Origin: a bacterium
GTDB lineage: Bacteria > Bacillota > DTU030 > JBMNJR01
Length of the DNA stretch: 64,000 bases
Reading direction: 5' to 3'
NCBI GenBank assembly: GCA_050951765.1
Contig: JBMNJR010000003.1
Coordinates: 195,148-259,147, forward strand
A program made the position numbers and the translations under genes. The first letter of the stretch is position 1. Every line of letters begins with the position of its first letter. Under the pieces are notes generated by a model. That model made no database searches, was not told the DNA's origin, and saw only the letters and a list, made by a program, of their open reading frames with translations. Shown piece after piece: positions 10,668 to 20,636 of this stretch.

Positions 10668-13082
10668 TTATCTAAGCTTTATCCCTAATTCCTCCTCCAA
10701 GGCTGCCACAATTTTTTGCTGTACTGCTGTTACTTCTTCATCTGTCAAAGTGCGATCCCGGGCTTGGTACACCAAGGAATAAGCAATACTTTTTTTGCCG
10801 GCGGGAATCTGTTCCCCTTGATAGATGTCAAAAAGATTTGCTTCTACCAGGAGTTCACCGCCAACCTTGCTGATAATCTGCCCAATGGCCTCCGCAGCTA
10901 CCCCTGCATCGATTAAAAGAGCCATATCTCTAGCCACTGCCGGATAGCGAGGCAGGCACCGATAGCGAATTACCCGCTGAGCTTGGGCACACAACAGTGA
11001 AAAATTCAATTCGCCTAAATAAACCTTTTCTGTTATCTCCCAAGCTTCGGCAACATCAGGATGGATTTCGCCGATAATCCCCAACCGTTCACAGCCCAGA
11101 TACAATGTAGCCTGCCGCCCGGGATGAAATACCGGATACTCCTCCGGGATATATTTAACCCCTGTTATCCCCAAAGCTTTCATAAGGGCCTCCAATGTTC
11201 CCTTTAAGGCAAAGAAATCCGCTTTAAATTCCGGCTGTTGCCAGTTCAGTGTGCCCATTCTACCGGTAAGGCCGAGAGCCAGATGCACAATCTCTTCCGG
11301 CAGCCCTTGCAAAGGCTGTTGCCCCCAATAAGTCCTTCCCAATTCAAATAAAGCCAGTTCTGTATTTTTTCGTTTCAAATTCAAGGCCATGGTATCCAGC
11401 ATATTGGGCAGAAGCGTTGTCCGCATCACCGACTGATCTTCTGTTAAAGGGTTATAAAGAGCTATGGTTTTGCGTACCGGATCGTCCGGCTCCATGCGGA
11501 GACGATCAAAGGAACGGGGATTATAAAAGCTATAAGTTACAATTTCACTATAACCCCAACCTGCAAGCAATTCTTTTGTCTTGTCCTGCATTGCCTGCTC
11601 CCGGGAAGTATGAGCAGGTGTTAACTGACCTGCAATCATAGTCCCTTCAATCCGGTTATAACCGTATATCCGCGCAACTTCTTCCACCAGGTCATACTCT
11701 GCCTCCACATCCGGCCGATAAGTAGGTACTTCCACTGTAAAGGGGCTTGATCCAGTAACCTTAAATTCTAAACCGGTAAGAATGGACTTTATTTTTTCAG
11801 CCGGGAGTTTTGTACCCAAAAGCTGATTAATCCGCTCCGTCCTGGCAATAATCTGCCGTGGTTTAATTTCCTGCGGGTAAATATCAATCACTTGCGGGGA
11901 AACACGACCTGCCCCCAACTCCTCCATCAAATAAGCGGCACGATTGGCAGCAAGTAGGGTTCCATTGGGATCAACTCCCTTTTCAAAGCGATTAGAAGCT
12001 TCCGATCGCAAACCTAATGCCTTTGTGGTCTTCCTGTTGTTTAAGTGATGAAAACAAGCTGATTCTAAGAGAATAGTCCTCGTGCCGGCACTTACTTCAC
12101 TATTGGCACCGCCCATTACACCGGCAATGCCTACAGCACCCTCCGGATCTGCGATCAGCAGCATATCCGGATGCAATTCCCGTTCCTTGCCGTCTAAAGT
12201 AACAAGCTTCTCTCCCGGCTTTGCCCGCCGGACAATGATACTACCATCCTTGATCCGGTCATAATCAAAGGCATGCAGTGGTTGACCTAACTCCAGCATC
12301 ACATAGTTGGTGACATCAACCATATTATTGATTGGCCGCATCCCGGCGGCGCGAATCCGCTGCTGAAGCCATAGAGGAGAAGGCCCGATTTTTAGATCAG
12401 TAATAATCCGCATACTATATCGCAAGCAAAGATCTGGGTCTTGCACCTTAACTGTAACTGCAGCTTCTTCTCCCGTTTCCCGTCCGGCGCCGGTAGGAAC
12501 AGCGGGTAATTTTACCTTTACCCCCAGCAAAGCTGCTACTTCCCTAGCTACTCCCACCATACTAAGGCAGTCTCCCCTGTTAGGAGTAAGATCCAGCTCT
12601 AAAACATAATCATCTAAACCTAAAACATCCCTTATCCCTTTACCGATTTCCGTATCCGGCGGCAGCAGCATAATGCCGCCCTCATCAGCCGGTGAAGGTT
12701 CTAAACCCAGTTCTTCGGCGGAACACATCATACCCTGGGAAACGAGCCCCCGGAATTCTTGCGCGCCGATTTCCTTGCCATCAACAAGTCGCGCACCCGG
12801 TAAAGCAACAGGTACCCGATGGCCTACCTTGATGTTATTCGCCCCGGTAATCACCTGTACCGGCTTCCTCTTCCCGATGTTCATTTGCGCAACTAATAAA
12901 TTATCTGCCTGGGGATGCCTGCACAATGTACAGATTTCACCTACTACAATATGGGGCAGTTCACCGGCAAGCGGGTAAACTTGATCTACCGTCACTCCCG
13001 TCATGGTTAGATTGTCAGCCAGCTCCTGGGGCGACCATGCAAATGGTACCAAATCCTGCAGCCATTTATATGATACTTTCAT
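10668..13082 (-). CDS. pheT: phenylalanine--tRNA ligase beta subunit
   Basis: 804-aa ORF starting MKVSYKWLQD, with tRNA-binding, B3/4, B5 and FDX-ACB regions recognisable. It lies directly downstream of pheS. Confidence 0.97.
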   Translation of the reverse strand: MKVSYKWLQDLVPFAWSPQELADNLTMTGVTVDQVYPLAGELPHIVVGEICTLCRHPQADNLLVAQMNIGKRKPVQVITGANNIKVGHRVPVALPGARLVDGKEIGAQEFRGLVSQGMMCSAEELGLEPSPADEGGIMLLPPDTEIGKGIRDVLGLDDYVLELDLTPNRGDCLSMVGVAREVAALLGVKVKLPAVPTGAGRETGEEAAVTVKVQDPDLCLRYSMRIITDLKIGPSPLWLQQRIRAAGMRPINNMVDVTNYVMLELGQPLHAFDYDRIKDGSIIVRRAKPGEKLVTLDGKERELHPDMLLIADPEGAVGIAGVMGGANSEVSAGTRTILLESACFHHLNNRKTTKALGLRSEASNRFEKGVDPNGTLLAANRAAYLMEELGAGRVSPQVIDIYPQEIKPRQIIARTERINQLLGTKLPAEKIKSILTGLEFKVTGSSPFTVEVPTYRPDVEAEYDLVEEVARIYGYNRIEGTMIAGQLTPAHTSREQAMQDKTKELLAGWGYSEIVTYSFYNPRSFDRLRMEPDDPVRKTIALYNPLTEDQSVMRTTLLPNMLDTMALNLKRKNTELALFELGRTYWGQQPLQGLPEEIVHLALGLTGRMGTLNWQQPEFKADFFALKGTLEALMKALGITGVKYIPEEYPVFHPGRQATLYLGCERLGIIGEIHPDVAEAWEITEKVYLGELNFSLLCAQAQRVIRYRCLPRYPAVARDMALLIDAGVAAEAIGQIISKVGGELLVEANLFDIYQGEQIPAGKKSIAYSLVYQARDRTLTDEEVTAVQQKIVAALEEELGIKLR

Positions 13083-13111
13083 TGTTAATAGTTCCCCCCC
13101 CTTAAAATTTT

Positions 13112-14143
13112 TTAACCGATCCCAAACTGGTCTAAAAACCGCTGATCATTCTCAAAAAACAACCTGATATCATCGATCCCATATTTAAGCATGGCAATCC
13201 GTTCTACACCCATGCCAAAGGCAAAACCGGAAACCTCCTCCGGATCATAACCGGACATTGCCAATACCTTGGGATGAACCATCCCTGCCCCTAAAATCTC
13301 CAACCAACCGGTCTGGGAACAAACACCACATCCCTTACCGCCACAAATAACACAAGAGATATCAACTTCCGCACTGGGTTCTGTAAAGGGGAAATAACTG
13401 GGACGGAATCTCACCTTGCGATCAGCGCCAAATAACTCCTGGGCAAAAAGGGTCAGAACCCCACGTAAGTTCCCTAAAGTGATACCGTGATCAATAGCTA
13501 AACCCTCCACTTGATGAAACATTGGTGAATGGGTACTGTCTGCATCACGGCGATAAACTTTGCCCGGGCAGATAATACGCACCGGTACATTGGGCGCTTG
13601 TTTTTCCATTGTCCGTACCTGTACCGGGGATGTATGGGTCCGCAAAAGAATCTCCTCCGTGATATAAAAGGAATCCTGCATATCCCGCGCCGGATGAATT
13701 TTCGGCAGATTTAGCGCTTCAAAATTATAATAATCTGTTTCTATTTCTGGCCCTTCCACCACACTGAAACCCAAGCCGGTAAATACCCGTTTTATTTCCC
13801 CTAAGACTAAAGTGAGTGGATGCTTATTCCCTGTCCTCGGTCTAATACCCGGCATAGTAACATCAATTTTTTCCTGCCGCAGGCGTTCTAACTGTTCCTG
13901 TTGTTTTAAGTACGCCAGCCTTTTCTGAATCAATGCTTCCAACCGTTCCCGCAGGTCATTTGCCATATTCCCTACCAACGGGCGCTCACAAGGTGGCAAA
14001 TCCTTCATCCCCCGCAGGATTAAAGTCAGTTCCCCTTTGCGCCCCAGATAATGCACTCGCTTTTGATTAACCTCCTCTAAACTGGCAGCGGCAGCAATAG
14101 CTTGCTGTGCTTCTATTTCCAATAACTTTAACTTTTCTTGCAT
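13112..14143 (-). CDS. pheS: phenylalanine--tRNA ligase alpha subunit
   Basis: Class II aaRS motifs are present ([21 protein letters not shown]). The start is set at ATG 14143 (MQEKLKLLE...), preceded by AAGAGGAGGG. The 39 upstream codons in the ORF track overlap the T-box leader. Confidence 0.95.
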   Translation of the reverse strand: MQEKLKLLEIEAQQAIAAAASLEEVNQKRVHYLGRKGELTLILRGMKDLPPCERPLVGNMANDLRERLEALIQKRLAYLKQQEQLERLRQEKIDVTMPGIRPRTGNKHPLTLVLGEIKRVFTGLGFSVVEGPEIETDYYNFEALNLPKIHPARDMQDSFYITEEILLRTHTSPVQVRTMEKQAPNVPVRIICPGKVYRRDADSTHSPMFHQVEGLAIDHGITLGNLRGVLTLFAQELFGADRKVRFRPSYFPFTEPSAEVDISCVICGGKGCGVCSQTGWLEILGAGMVHPKVLAMSGYDPEEVSGFAFGMGVERIAMLKYGIDDIRLFFENDQRFLDQFGIG

Positions 14144-14159
14144 TATTTGCCCTCCTCTT

Positions 14160-14446
14160 TTGATACATAATAAAAAAAGCCTTCCTCCCCTAAAGGGACG
14201 AAAGCTATGTTCCGCGGTACCACCCTCGTTGATGACTGTCATCACCCACTTACCAGGCAAACCCCCTAATAACGGTAGGGTTCCGGGCCCGCCTACCCAG
14301 CTGTAAAAAAGCCTTCAGCAGCCAGCTCCGGAGCGAACTTCAGCCCACCTACCCTGAGGAATGCTTACAGTCGCTGACATTCCCTCCCTGCCAGGGCAGT
14401 TTGAACTTACTCCTCTCCTTCTTCACCTGTTTCGTACTAAAAACCT
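14160..14446 (-). promoter_or_regulatory. T-box leader (Phe specifier UUC) with terminator/antiterminator
   Basis: The minus strand carries the T-box core AACGAGGGTGGTACCGCGGA (14211-14230), then the terminator GCTTTCGTCCC..GGGGAGGAAGGC plus a T-run. A GAA-G-UUC-G specifier-like element has UUC at 14337-14335. Confidence 0.85.
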
Positions 14447-14452
14447 CACAGT

Positions 14453-14482
14453 AGTATGAAAAATCAAAACTAGAAAAGTCAA
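14453..14482 (-). promoter_or_regulatory. sigma-A-type promoter for the pheST leader
   Basis: Minus strand has TTGACT (14482-14477), an 18-nt spacer and CATACT (14458-14453). Confidence 0.5.
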
Positions 14483-14680
14483 TACTTAATTATCAATGCA
14501 CTAACAAACGGCGATACCATATATAAGCCAAGACCGATCCGGTGCTTTCAAAGACGCTCCAGAAAAAGTCAGCGGTGAACATTTTACACCACACCCTTTC
14601 ACTTATTTGGAGGCCTTACTTGGCATTAATTATAACATAGGGTCCGGTGTTTTACAAGCAAATGCAATAAGGAAAGCCAA

Positions 14681-15490
14681 TTATCCCGGTAACTGGCCGC
14701 CTGCCTGCCGCAACCAATCATAGAGAATAATTCCGCTGGCTACCGCAACATTAAGCGAGTCTACGCCTTCCCGTAAAGGGATTTTTACGCGATCATCAAC
14801 AACCGCCAATACTTCCGGGCAAATACCTCTCCCTTCATTGCCAACAACTAATGCTCCGGGTAAGGTTAATCCTACCTGCCAATAAAGATTATCAGTTGCA
14901 AGATCAGCAGCCACTATTTGATACCCTTTTGCTTTTAATTCCTTCAGCAGTTCAAGTAATTCAACATCTAAGCGCAACGGCAAACGAAAGGCCGCCCCCA
15001 TGCTCGCCCGCAACACCTTGCTGTTATATGGATCAACTGTGCCAACAGAGAGCAATACTCCCTCACAGCCAACTGCTTCCGCCGTACGCAGGATCGTTCC
15101 TAAGTTACCCGGATCCTGAACCTGATCTACCACTAAAAGCAAACCGGTGCCGGAAATTATTTCCGCAATATTTAGCCGGGGAATGCAGGCAATACCGATT
15201 ATACCTTGCGGAGTATCAGTGTCTGCTAGAGAATCCAAAAGCGAATCCGGTACCTGATAACAACTGCTGCCCAGCTGTTGACACCGTTTTAGTAAAACCT
15301 CGCCTCTGGCGCGCGTTCTTAACTTCTCGGTAAAAAAAACTGCTTCCAACACTATTCCTGCTTGCAGGGCATCCTCCAGCAATCGTATTCCTTCAACCAA
15401 ATACTTTCCTTCTTTTTCCCGATATTTACGCTGCTTCAGATTACGAGCATATTTTATGTATGAATTATCATAGGAAGATATCGTTTTCAT
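14681..15490 (-). CDS. TrmH/SpoU family RNA 2'-O-methyltransferase
   Basis: 269-aa ORF with C-terminal SpoU methylase motifs (GNEGRGI, SLNVAVASGI). Its position between the K+ uptake genes and pheS matches ysgA-like genes. Confidence 0.85.
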   Translation of the reverse strand: MKTISSYDNSYIKYARNLKQRKYREKEGKYLVEGIRLLEDALQAGIVLEAVFFTEKLRTRARGEVLLKRCQQLGSSCYQVPDSLLDSLADTDTPQGIIGIACIPRLNIAEIISGTGLLLVVDQVQDPGNLGTILRTAEAVGCEGVLLSVGTVDPYNSKVLRASMGAAFRLPLRLDVELLELLKELKAKGYQIVAADLATDNLYWQVGLTLPGALVVGNEGRGICPEVLAVVDDRVKIPLREGVDSLNVAVASGIILYDWLRQAGGQLPG

Positions 15491-15510
15491 AAAAACACCT
15501 CAAATCATAA

Positions 15511-16167
15511 TTACAATTCATCCTTACTTAACTGCCGAATTCGTTCATCTTCACCCACCACAACCAATACATCTCCTGCTTTAATCACATACTCAGCCCC
15601 GGGAGAAATATTAATCTGCTTGCCTCTTTTGGCCGCCAATACATTTAAGCCCAGTTTTGCCCGTAAATCAAGCTGCCGCAAGTTTTTCCCCTCAAACTCT
15701 TGGGGAGCAGTAATTTCCGCAATACTGTAATCCGGCGTTAATTCAATAAAATCAACAATATTTGCTGCTACCAAGTGGCGAGCCACCCGAATACCCATAT
15801 CCCGCTCCGGAAAAACAACTTTATCCGCCCCGGTCTTATATAAAACCTTACCATGGAGGGAATTTTGTGCCTTGGCCACCACATATTTGACGCCCATTTC
15901 CTTCAGGTTTAATGTGACCAGAATACTGGACTGAATATCTTCACCAATAGCTACGATCACCACGTCAAAATTGCGGATCCCCAATGCTTTGAGAGCATCC
16001 TCATCGGTAGCATCTGCTGTTACGATATGAGTTAAGCAGTTGGTCATTTTTTGCACTCGTTCTTCACTACGATCAATTCCCAGCACATCATAACCCATTT
16101 TATACAATGTTTCAGCCACACTCTGACCAAACCTGCCTAACCCGATCACAGCAAACTGTTTTTTCAT
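15511..16167 (-). CDS. TrkA/KtrA-type K+ uptake regulatory subunit (RCK N and C domains)
   Basis: GxGxxG Rossmann motif (VIGLGRFG). The start is set at ATG 16167, preceded by GGGAGGG 9 nt upstream. Confidence 0.85.
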   Translation of the reverse strand: MKKQFAVIGLGRFGQSVAETLYKMGYDVLGIDRSEERVQKMTNCLTHIVTADATDEDALKALGIRNFDVVIVAIGEDIQSSILVTLNLKEMGVKYVVAKAQNSLHGKVLYKTGADKVVFPERDMGIRVARHLVAANIVDFIELTPDYSIAEITAPQEFEGKNLRQLDLRAKLGLNVLAAKRGKQINISPGAEYVIKAGDVLVVVGEDERIRQLSKDEL

Positions 16168-16221
16168 GGTGTAGTTCCCTCCCAGCTTTACCATAGCACC
16201 TATTCCAGGTATGGGCTAATT

Positions 16222-17574
16222 TTATCCCACAATTATCTTCTCTTCCGGATATTTAACTATAGACTGGTGTTCCCGCTGACCAAATGCTAAAACCAAAGTC
16301 AAAGGCCCAACCCGGCCAAAAAACATATTAATAATGATTATGATTTTCCCCCAAAATGACAAATGTGGTGTAATTCCTGTAGTTAACCCTACTGTTCCAA
16401 AAGCAGACGCAGCTTCAAAAAATAGAGGCAGCAATTTTTTCTCTTCCGCCAAAGATAAAATAATTGTTGTGGTAAATAATACCGTTAAACCAATTAAAGT
16501 AATAGCCAAAGACTTGACAACAATCAGATAGGACAAGCGCCGCTGAAAAATATCAATTTCCTTACGACCGGTGGATATTGCCCATACAGCCGCCAATAAA
16601 GCGCCAAAGGTTGCAGTCTTAATTCCGCCGCCGGTTGAACCGGGGGAAGCACCGATAAACATAAAAAAAACTAAAAAAAACAAGGTCTCCTGCCTTAATT
16701 TGGCAACAGGAATTGTGCTAAAGCCGGCAGTCCGCGGTGTAACTGCTTGAAAAAGGCAACTGAAAAATCGCCCGCCGGGCGTAAGATGTCCTAACGTAGC
16801 AGGATTTCTCCCTTCCAAGAGCGCAAACCCCAAAAAAGCCACTAGCAGCAGACCACCGGTAACCACTAAGACAACATTGGAATGAAGTGAAAGACGGCGA
16901 GAATGATGATACCGATAAATATCCATTAAAACTGTAAAACCAATCCCGCCAATTACGATCAAACTGATCAAAACTATGTTTAGATAAGAATCTGCCGCAT
17001 AAGCGGTGAAACTGCGATACCCTCCCAAAAGGTCAAATCCTGCATTGCAAAAGGCTGAAATAGAATGAAAGAGTCCGAAAAAAGCCCCCTGCACTAATCC
17101 CACCCGTGGGACAAACCAGATACTAAGTAAGATAGCACCCAGAGTTTCTACAATAAATGTAGTTGCCAGAATAGCGCGGACCAATCTTATGACACCAGCT
17201 AAAGTGTTAAGATTGAGCGCTTCCCGGACCAAAAGCCTTTCCCGTAATTGAATCCGCCTCCCCAATAACAGCCAATAAAGGGTAGTAATGGTCATCAACC
17301 CTAGCCCGCCTATTTGGATCAACAATAATATTATTACCTGTCCAAAGCGGCTGAAAAAAGTTCCCGTATCAACCACCGTCAGACCGGTAACGCAAACTGC
17401 GGAAGTGGCAGTAAAAATGGCATCGATCATAGACAAGCTATGGCCATCCTGAGTCACCTGGGGTAAACGCAACACAATTGTACCCAATAGGATAGGGATG
17501 AGAAAACTAAATACAACTATCTGGGGAGGAGACAAACGCTCTCCGATTACCGTAAAAATCTTCATCGCAGTCAC
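16222..17574 (-). CDS. TrkH/KtrB family K+ transporter membrane subunit
   Basis: 450-aa polytopic protein with repeated GF/GL selectivity-filter-like motifs (CVTGLT, NAGFD, RTAGFS, GTVGLTTG). Confidence 0.85.
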   Translation of the reverse strand: MTAMKIFTVIGERLSPPQIVVFSFLIPILLGTIVLRLPQVTQDGHSLSMIDAIFTATSAVCVTGLTVVDTGTFFSRFGQVIILLLIQIGGLGLMTITTLYWLLLGRRIQLRERLLVREALNLNTLAGVIRLVRAILATTFIVETLGAILLSIWFVPRVGLVQGAFFGLFHSISAFCNAGFDLLGGYRSFTAYAADSYLNIVLISLIVIGGIGFTVLMDIYRYHHSRRLSLHSNVVLVVTGGLLLVAFLGFALLEGRNPATLGHLTPGGRFFSCLFQAVTPRTAGFSTIPVAKLRQETLFFLVFFMFIGASPGSTGGGIKTATFGALLAAVWAISTGRKEIDIFQRRLSYLIVVKSLAITLIGLTVLFTTTIILSLAEEKKLLPLFFEAASAFGTVGLTTGITPHLSFWGKIIIIINMFFGRVGPLTLVLAFGQREHQSIVKYPEEKIIVG

Positions 17575-17621
17575 CTAGACCAAAATCAACTTTCATTGGT
17601 AAAACTAGTATTCCCGGCACC

Positions 17622-17650
17622 CATAAAGAAAAATCCTGGGTTTCCCCAGG
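17622..17650 (-). terminator. Rho-independent terminator after rplT
   Basis: Minus strand has CCTGGG-GAAA-CCCAGG followed by ATTTTTCTTTAT. Confidence 0.7.
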
Positions 17651-17656
17651 TTCTTG

Positions 17657-18016
17657 CTAAGCGTTTAGTTTTTCCTTGGCTACTGCAACCAATTGACTAA
17701 AAGCTTCGCTGTCTTCCACCGCCAATTGTGCCAATAATTTGCGATTGATATCTACCCCTGCCTGCTTTAAGCCATTAATAAACCTGCTATAAGAAAGGCC
17801 ATCCTTGCGGGCGGCAGCATTGATCCGGGCAATCCAAAGTTTACGAAAATCCCGTTTTTTAGCACGACGATCCCGCCGCGCATAATAAAGCGCTTTTAAC
17901 ACAGTTTCATTAGCTACCCGAAACACCCTACTCCGTGCGCCCCTATATCCTTTCGCCAACTTTAGAATCTTTTTATGTCTCTTTCGGGCTGTTACGCCTC
18001 TTTTGACCCGTGCCAT
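17657..18016 (-). CDS. rplT: 50S ribosomal protein L20
   Basis: 119-aa ORF starting [24 protein letters not shown]. Confidence 0.98.
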   Translation of the reverse strand: MARVKRGVTARKRHKKILKLAKGYRGARSRVFRVANETVLKALYYARRDRRAKKRDFRKLWIARINAAARKDGLSYSRFINGLKQAGVDINRKLLAQLAVEDSEAFSQLVAVAKEKLNA

Positions 18017-18041
18017 AACCTAAACCTCCTTTGTCCTGCAA

Positions 18042-18239
18042 CTACGCATAAGGCAACATTCTCTTGGTCCGCTTTAAATCTCCACTGCTCACCAGCCCGG
18101 AGCGACGTAATTTACGCTTCCGCTTAGTAGTTTTTTTTGTAAGAATATGACTCTTAAAGGCTTTATTCCGCTTGAACTTACCACTACCTGTAACGGTAAA
18201 ACGCTTGGCTGCAGACCTTTTAGTTTTCATTTTAGGCAT
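18042..18239 (-). CDS. rpmI: 50S ribosomal protein L35
   Basis: 65-aa ORF starting [14 protein letters not shown]. Confidence 0.97.
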   Translation of the reverse strand: MPKMKTKRSAAKRFTVTGSGKFKRNKAFKSHILTKKTTKRKRKLRRSGLVSSGDLKRTKRMLPYA

Positions 18240-18786
18240 CTACTGTTCTCCCCCCTTCATTTTTCTTTTCCTGATTTTCTGGCCTGGGGGCTAAAATCAT
18301 AATCATTTGCTTGCCTTCAACCTTGGCATTTTTCTCTACAGTACCGAAATCACTGACATCTTGCGCGATCTTATTGAGCAGTTCTTTGGCATCATCGGTA
18401 TAAGCAATCTGCCTACCGCGAAACCGAACGGTGACTTTAACCTTATCGCCATTCTTTAGGAAACGAATGGCATTTCTCATTTTAACCTGTAGATCATGTT
18501 GATCAATATTCGGCCGCAGTCGGACTTCCTTAACAGTAATAATCCGTTGCTTTTTCCGTGCTTCTTTTTCCCGTTTGCTCTGTTCATACCTATATTTACC
18601 GTAGTCCATAATCCGACAAACAGGCGGTTTGGCATTGGGAGCAACGGCCACTAAATCCAATTGCCGCTCTTGTGCAATCCGCAAAGCCTCCCGGGTAGGC
18701 ACAATTCCCAACTGTTCACCATTATTGTCAACCAACCTTACCTCGCGATAACGAATTTCTTCGTTGACTTGTAAATCCTTGCTAAT
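18232..18786 (-). CDS. infC: translation initiation factor IF-3, ATT start codon
   Basis: The IF-3 sequence continues upstream of the track's TTG start as [20 protein letters not shown]. The frame begins with ATT (18786-18784), 7 nt after GGAGGTG. A non-canonical ATT/AUU start is the known hallmark of infC. Confidence 0.9.
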   Translation of the reverse strand: MSKDLQVNEEIRYREVRLVDNNGEQLGIVPTREALRIAQERQLDLVAVAPNAKPPVCRIMDYGKYRYEQSKREKEARKKQRIITVKEVRLRPNIDQHDLQVKMRNAIRFLKNGDKVKVTVRFRGRQIAYTDDAKELLNKIAQDVSDFGTVEKNAKVEGKQMIMILAPRPENQEKKNEGGRTVDA

Positions 18787-18789
18787 AGT

Positions 18790-18965
18790 ATATCACCTCC
18801 AATAACTTTGTAGAAAACTGGCCCAAAATAAAAACGGGTGTATCCACCCGCAATAGACAGTACAAAATCTGTCATTAAACCCGACCTTGGTAGCAGCCAA
18901 TAAAACGGCGCGCAAGGTGAGAAGCAGATGGCTTCTACTTTGGACCAATAATCTATTGAATTACC
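18790..18965 (-). promoter_or_regulatory. probable L20-type ribosomal-protein leader with attenuator
   Basis: This is an untranslated leader of about 180 nt between the promoter and infC. It has a GAAGC-CATCT-GCTTC hairpin and a terminator (GCGGGTGGATACACCCGTTTTTATTTT). Firmicute infC-rpmI-rplT operons are known to use an L20-responsive attenuator. The class assignment was not verified by a covariance model. Confidence 0.45.
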
Positions 18966-18971
18966 TTATCC

Positions 18972-19000
18972 AGTATAACACAACGGTTATAGAGGGTCAA
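18972..19000 (-). promoter_or_regulatory. sigma-A-type promoter of the infC operon
   Basis: Minus strand has TTGACC (19000-18995), a 17-nt spacer and TATACT (18977-18972). Confidence 0.6.
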
Positions 19001-19007
19001 TATCCGA

Positions 19008-20204
19008 TTAATTCTTCCGGCCCCATTGCAGAGCGGTCTTAACTAAAACTTTTGTTCCAATAATCAAGGCCTCTTCATCAAAGTTAAAATGGGGACTATG
19101 GAGTGGATAAACTTCCTTCCCATCCTGACCGTAGCCAAGCCACAGAAATACACCCGGTATTGTTTGGGCAAAGTAGGCAAAATCCTCTCCTCCCGCTGCC
19201 GGCCTTTCTACCGCAATATATTTATTGGCTCCCAAAATGGCTTCTGTTGCCTGTTTAGCAACTTCTACCAGCTCAGCATTATTGATTGTTGCCGGATAAC
19301 CAAAATTATATACCAGATTTCCCCTGCCCCCCATCGCCTCCGCAGTCTTTTCAACAATAATTTTCATCCGGTTGTAGACAAAATCCCTCACATCCTGTTT
19401 AAAAGTTCTCACAGTACCTTCGATCCGGACTTTTTCCGGGATAATATTATACCGCGTGCCGCCGGCAAAAATTCCTATGGAAACTACCGCCTGTTCAAAG
19501 GGGTCGACGTTCCTGCTGACAATGGTCTGTAAATTGTTTACTATCTGTGCGGCAATCACAATAGGATCAATGCCAAGATTAGGCGATGAAGCATGGACCC
19601 CTTTCCCAATAACATCGACGGTAAATGGATCGGAAGCTGCCATAATTGCGCCTGCTCTGGTTCCCACCGCACCCAGCGGTAAGCTTGGCCACAGGTGCAT
19701 GCCGATAATGGCTGCCACAGGGGGATCTTTCAGTACCCCTTCTTTGATCATATGTTGCGCACCACCGCCACGAGGGGCATCCTCCTCTGCCGGTTGAAAG
19801 ATCAACTTAATATTACCCACAATCTCCTCCCTTAATTCCATTAATGCCCGTGCAGCACCCAAGCCCATGGCCATATGACCGTCGTGGCCACACCCGTGCA
19901 TTAGACCTGGCCGTTCAGAAGCAAAGGAAAGGCCTGTTTGTTCCTCCATAGGCAGAGCATCCATGTCAAACCTAAGGGCAATGGTTTTTCCCGGCTCTGC
20001 CCCTTTAATCAGACCTGTTACACCGGTCCGATAACAACCGGTTTTAACTTCGCTGACACCCAGTTCTTTCAGCACACCGGCAATTTTGGCCGCAGTCTCA
20101 AATTCTTCGGTGCTCGGTTCCGGATACCTGTGAAAATCACGCCGCTTTTCTATGATCCAGTCACCAATTTCCTCCACCAGCCGCTTTATTTTCCCATTGT
20201 CCAT
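19008..20204 (-). CDS. M20D family amidohydrolase (N-acyl-amino-acid amidohydrolase/hippurate-hydrolase-like)
   Basis: 398-aa ORF. The motifs HRYPE, MHGCGHDGH and FQPAEE are typical of the M20D/ILR1-like family. Confidence 0.85.
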   Translation of the reverse strand: MDNGKIKRLVEEIGDWIIEKRRDFHRYPEPSTEEFETAAKIAGVLKELGVSEVKTGCYRTGVTGLIKGAEPGKTIALRFDMDALPMEEQTGLSFASERPGLMHGCGHDGHMAMGLGAARALMELREEIVGNIKLIFQPAEEDAPRGGGAQHMIKEGVLKDPPVAAIIGMHLWPSLPLGAVGTRAGAIMAASDPFTVDVIGKGVHASSPNLGIDPIVIAAQIVNNLQTIVSRNVDPFEQAVVSIGIFAGGTRYNIIPEKVRIEGTVRTFKQDVRDFVYNRMKIIVEKTAEAMGGRGNLVYNFGYPATINNAELVEVAKQATEAILGANKYIAVERPAAGGEDFAYFAQTIPGVFLWLGYGQDGKEVYPLHSPHFNFDEEALIIGTKVLVKTALQWGRKN

Positions 20205-20285
20205 GAATATCGTCTCCCCCTATAAGGGCTCATTTTACTTGGCTAACCTTAAAATAAACGCTATGGCTCAGATATATGACAATTA

Positions 20286-20394
20286 GGCCAACCTATTTAC
20301 CTGAGCAGGTGACTGAGCAAGGCAGCCCGACAGCTTAATGTTTATTTAAGCAAAAGATGGCTACGGGCGCAGATTCCGGCGGTTAAAGTTGACC
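20286..20394. repeat. diverged copy (D) of the dispersed intergenic repeat, with inverted termini
   Basis: The left end GGCCAACCTATTTACC and the reverse complement of the right end, GGTCAACTTTAACCGCCGGAATC, resemble the GGTTAAGCTATTTACCGCCGGACTC end of copy A. An internal GGCAGCCC is shared. Confidence 0.5.
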
Positions 20395-20636
20395 TGTAAA
20401 AAAAGCGACGTCTTAAAAGTTAGCTATACACATTTACATTGCTCTGCCGGTTGTCGAAATACAGGCGTGTGGGTCTGCTCTTAAATGTAAAATTCATCCC
20501 GCCCCGGAATATTCCTGCCTTGGCAAAGCAACAATTGCCATTATTAGAACAATTTATCCTTATCAGCTGCCAAACAAAAATAGCCGCCCCCACAATAAAC
20601 ACAGCAAGGGCAGCTATTATCACCTGCCGCAATAAT

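Noticed and set aside
13112-14260. N-terminal extensions in the ORF track for pheS (to 14260), ftsE (to 38832), the HAD hydrolase (to 28632), transaldolase (to 27862), transketolase-N (to 49892), trkA (to 16194), csp (to 61180) and cvpA (to 10395).
   Set aside because: In each case a downstream start with a proper Shine-Dalgarno sequence matches the conserved N-terminus of the family. The extension overlaps a leader RNA or the upstream gene.
20420-20632. A 70-aa ORF directly downstream of thrS (TTG start, one N-terminal hydrophobic helix, several Cys).
   Set aside because: It has no convincing RBS and no recognisable family. It could be a real small membrane protein, but the sequence alone does not support calling it.
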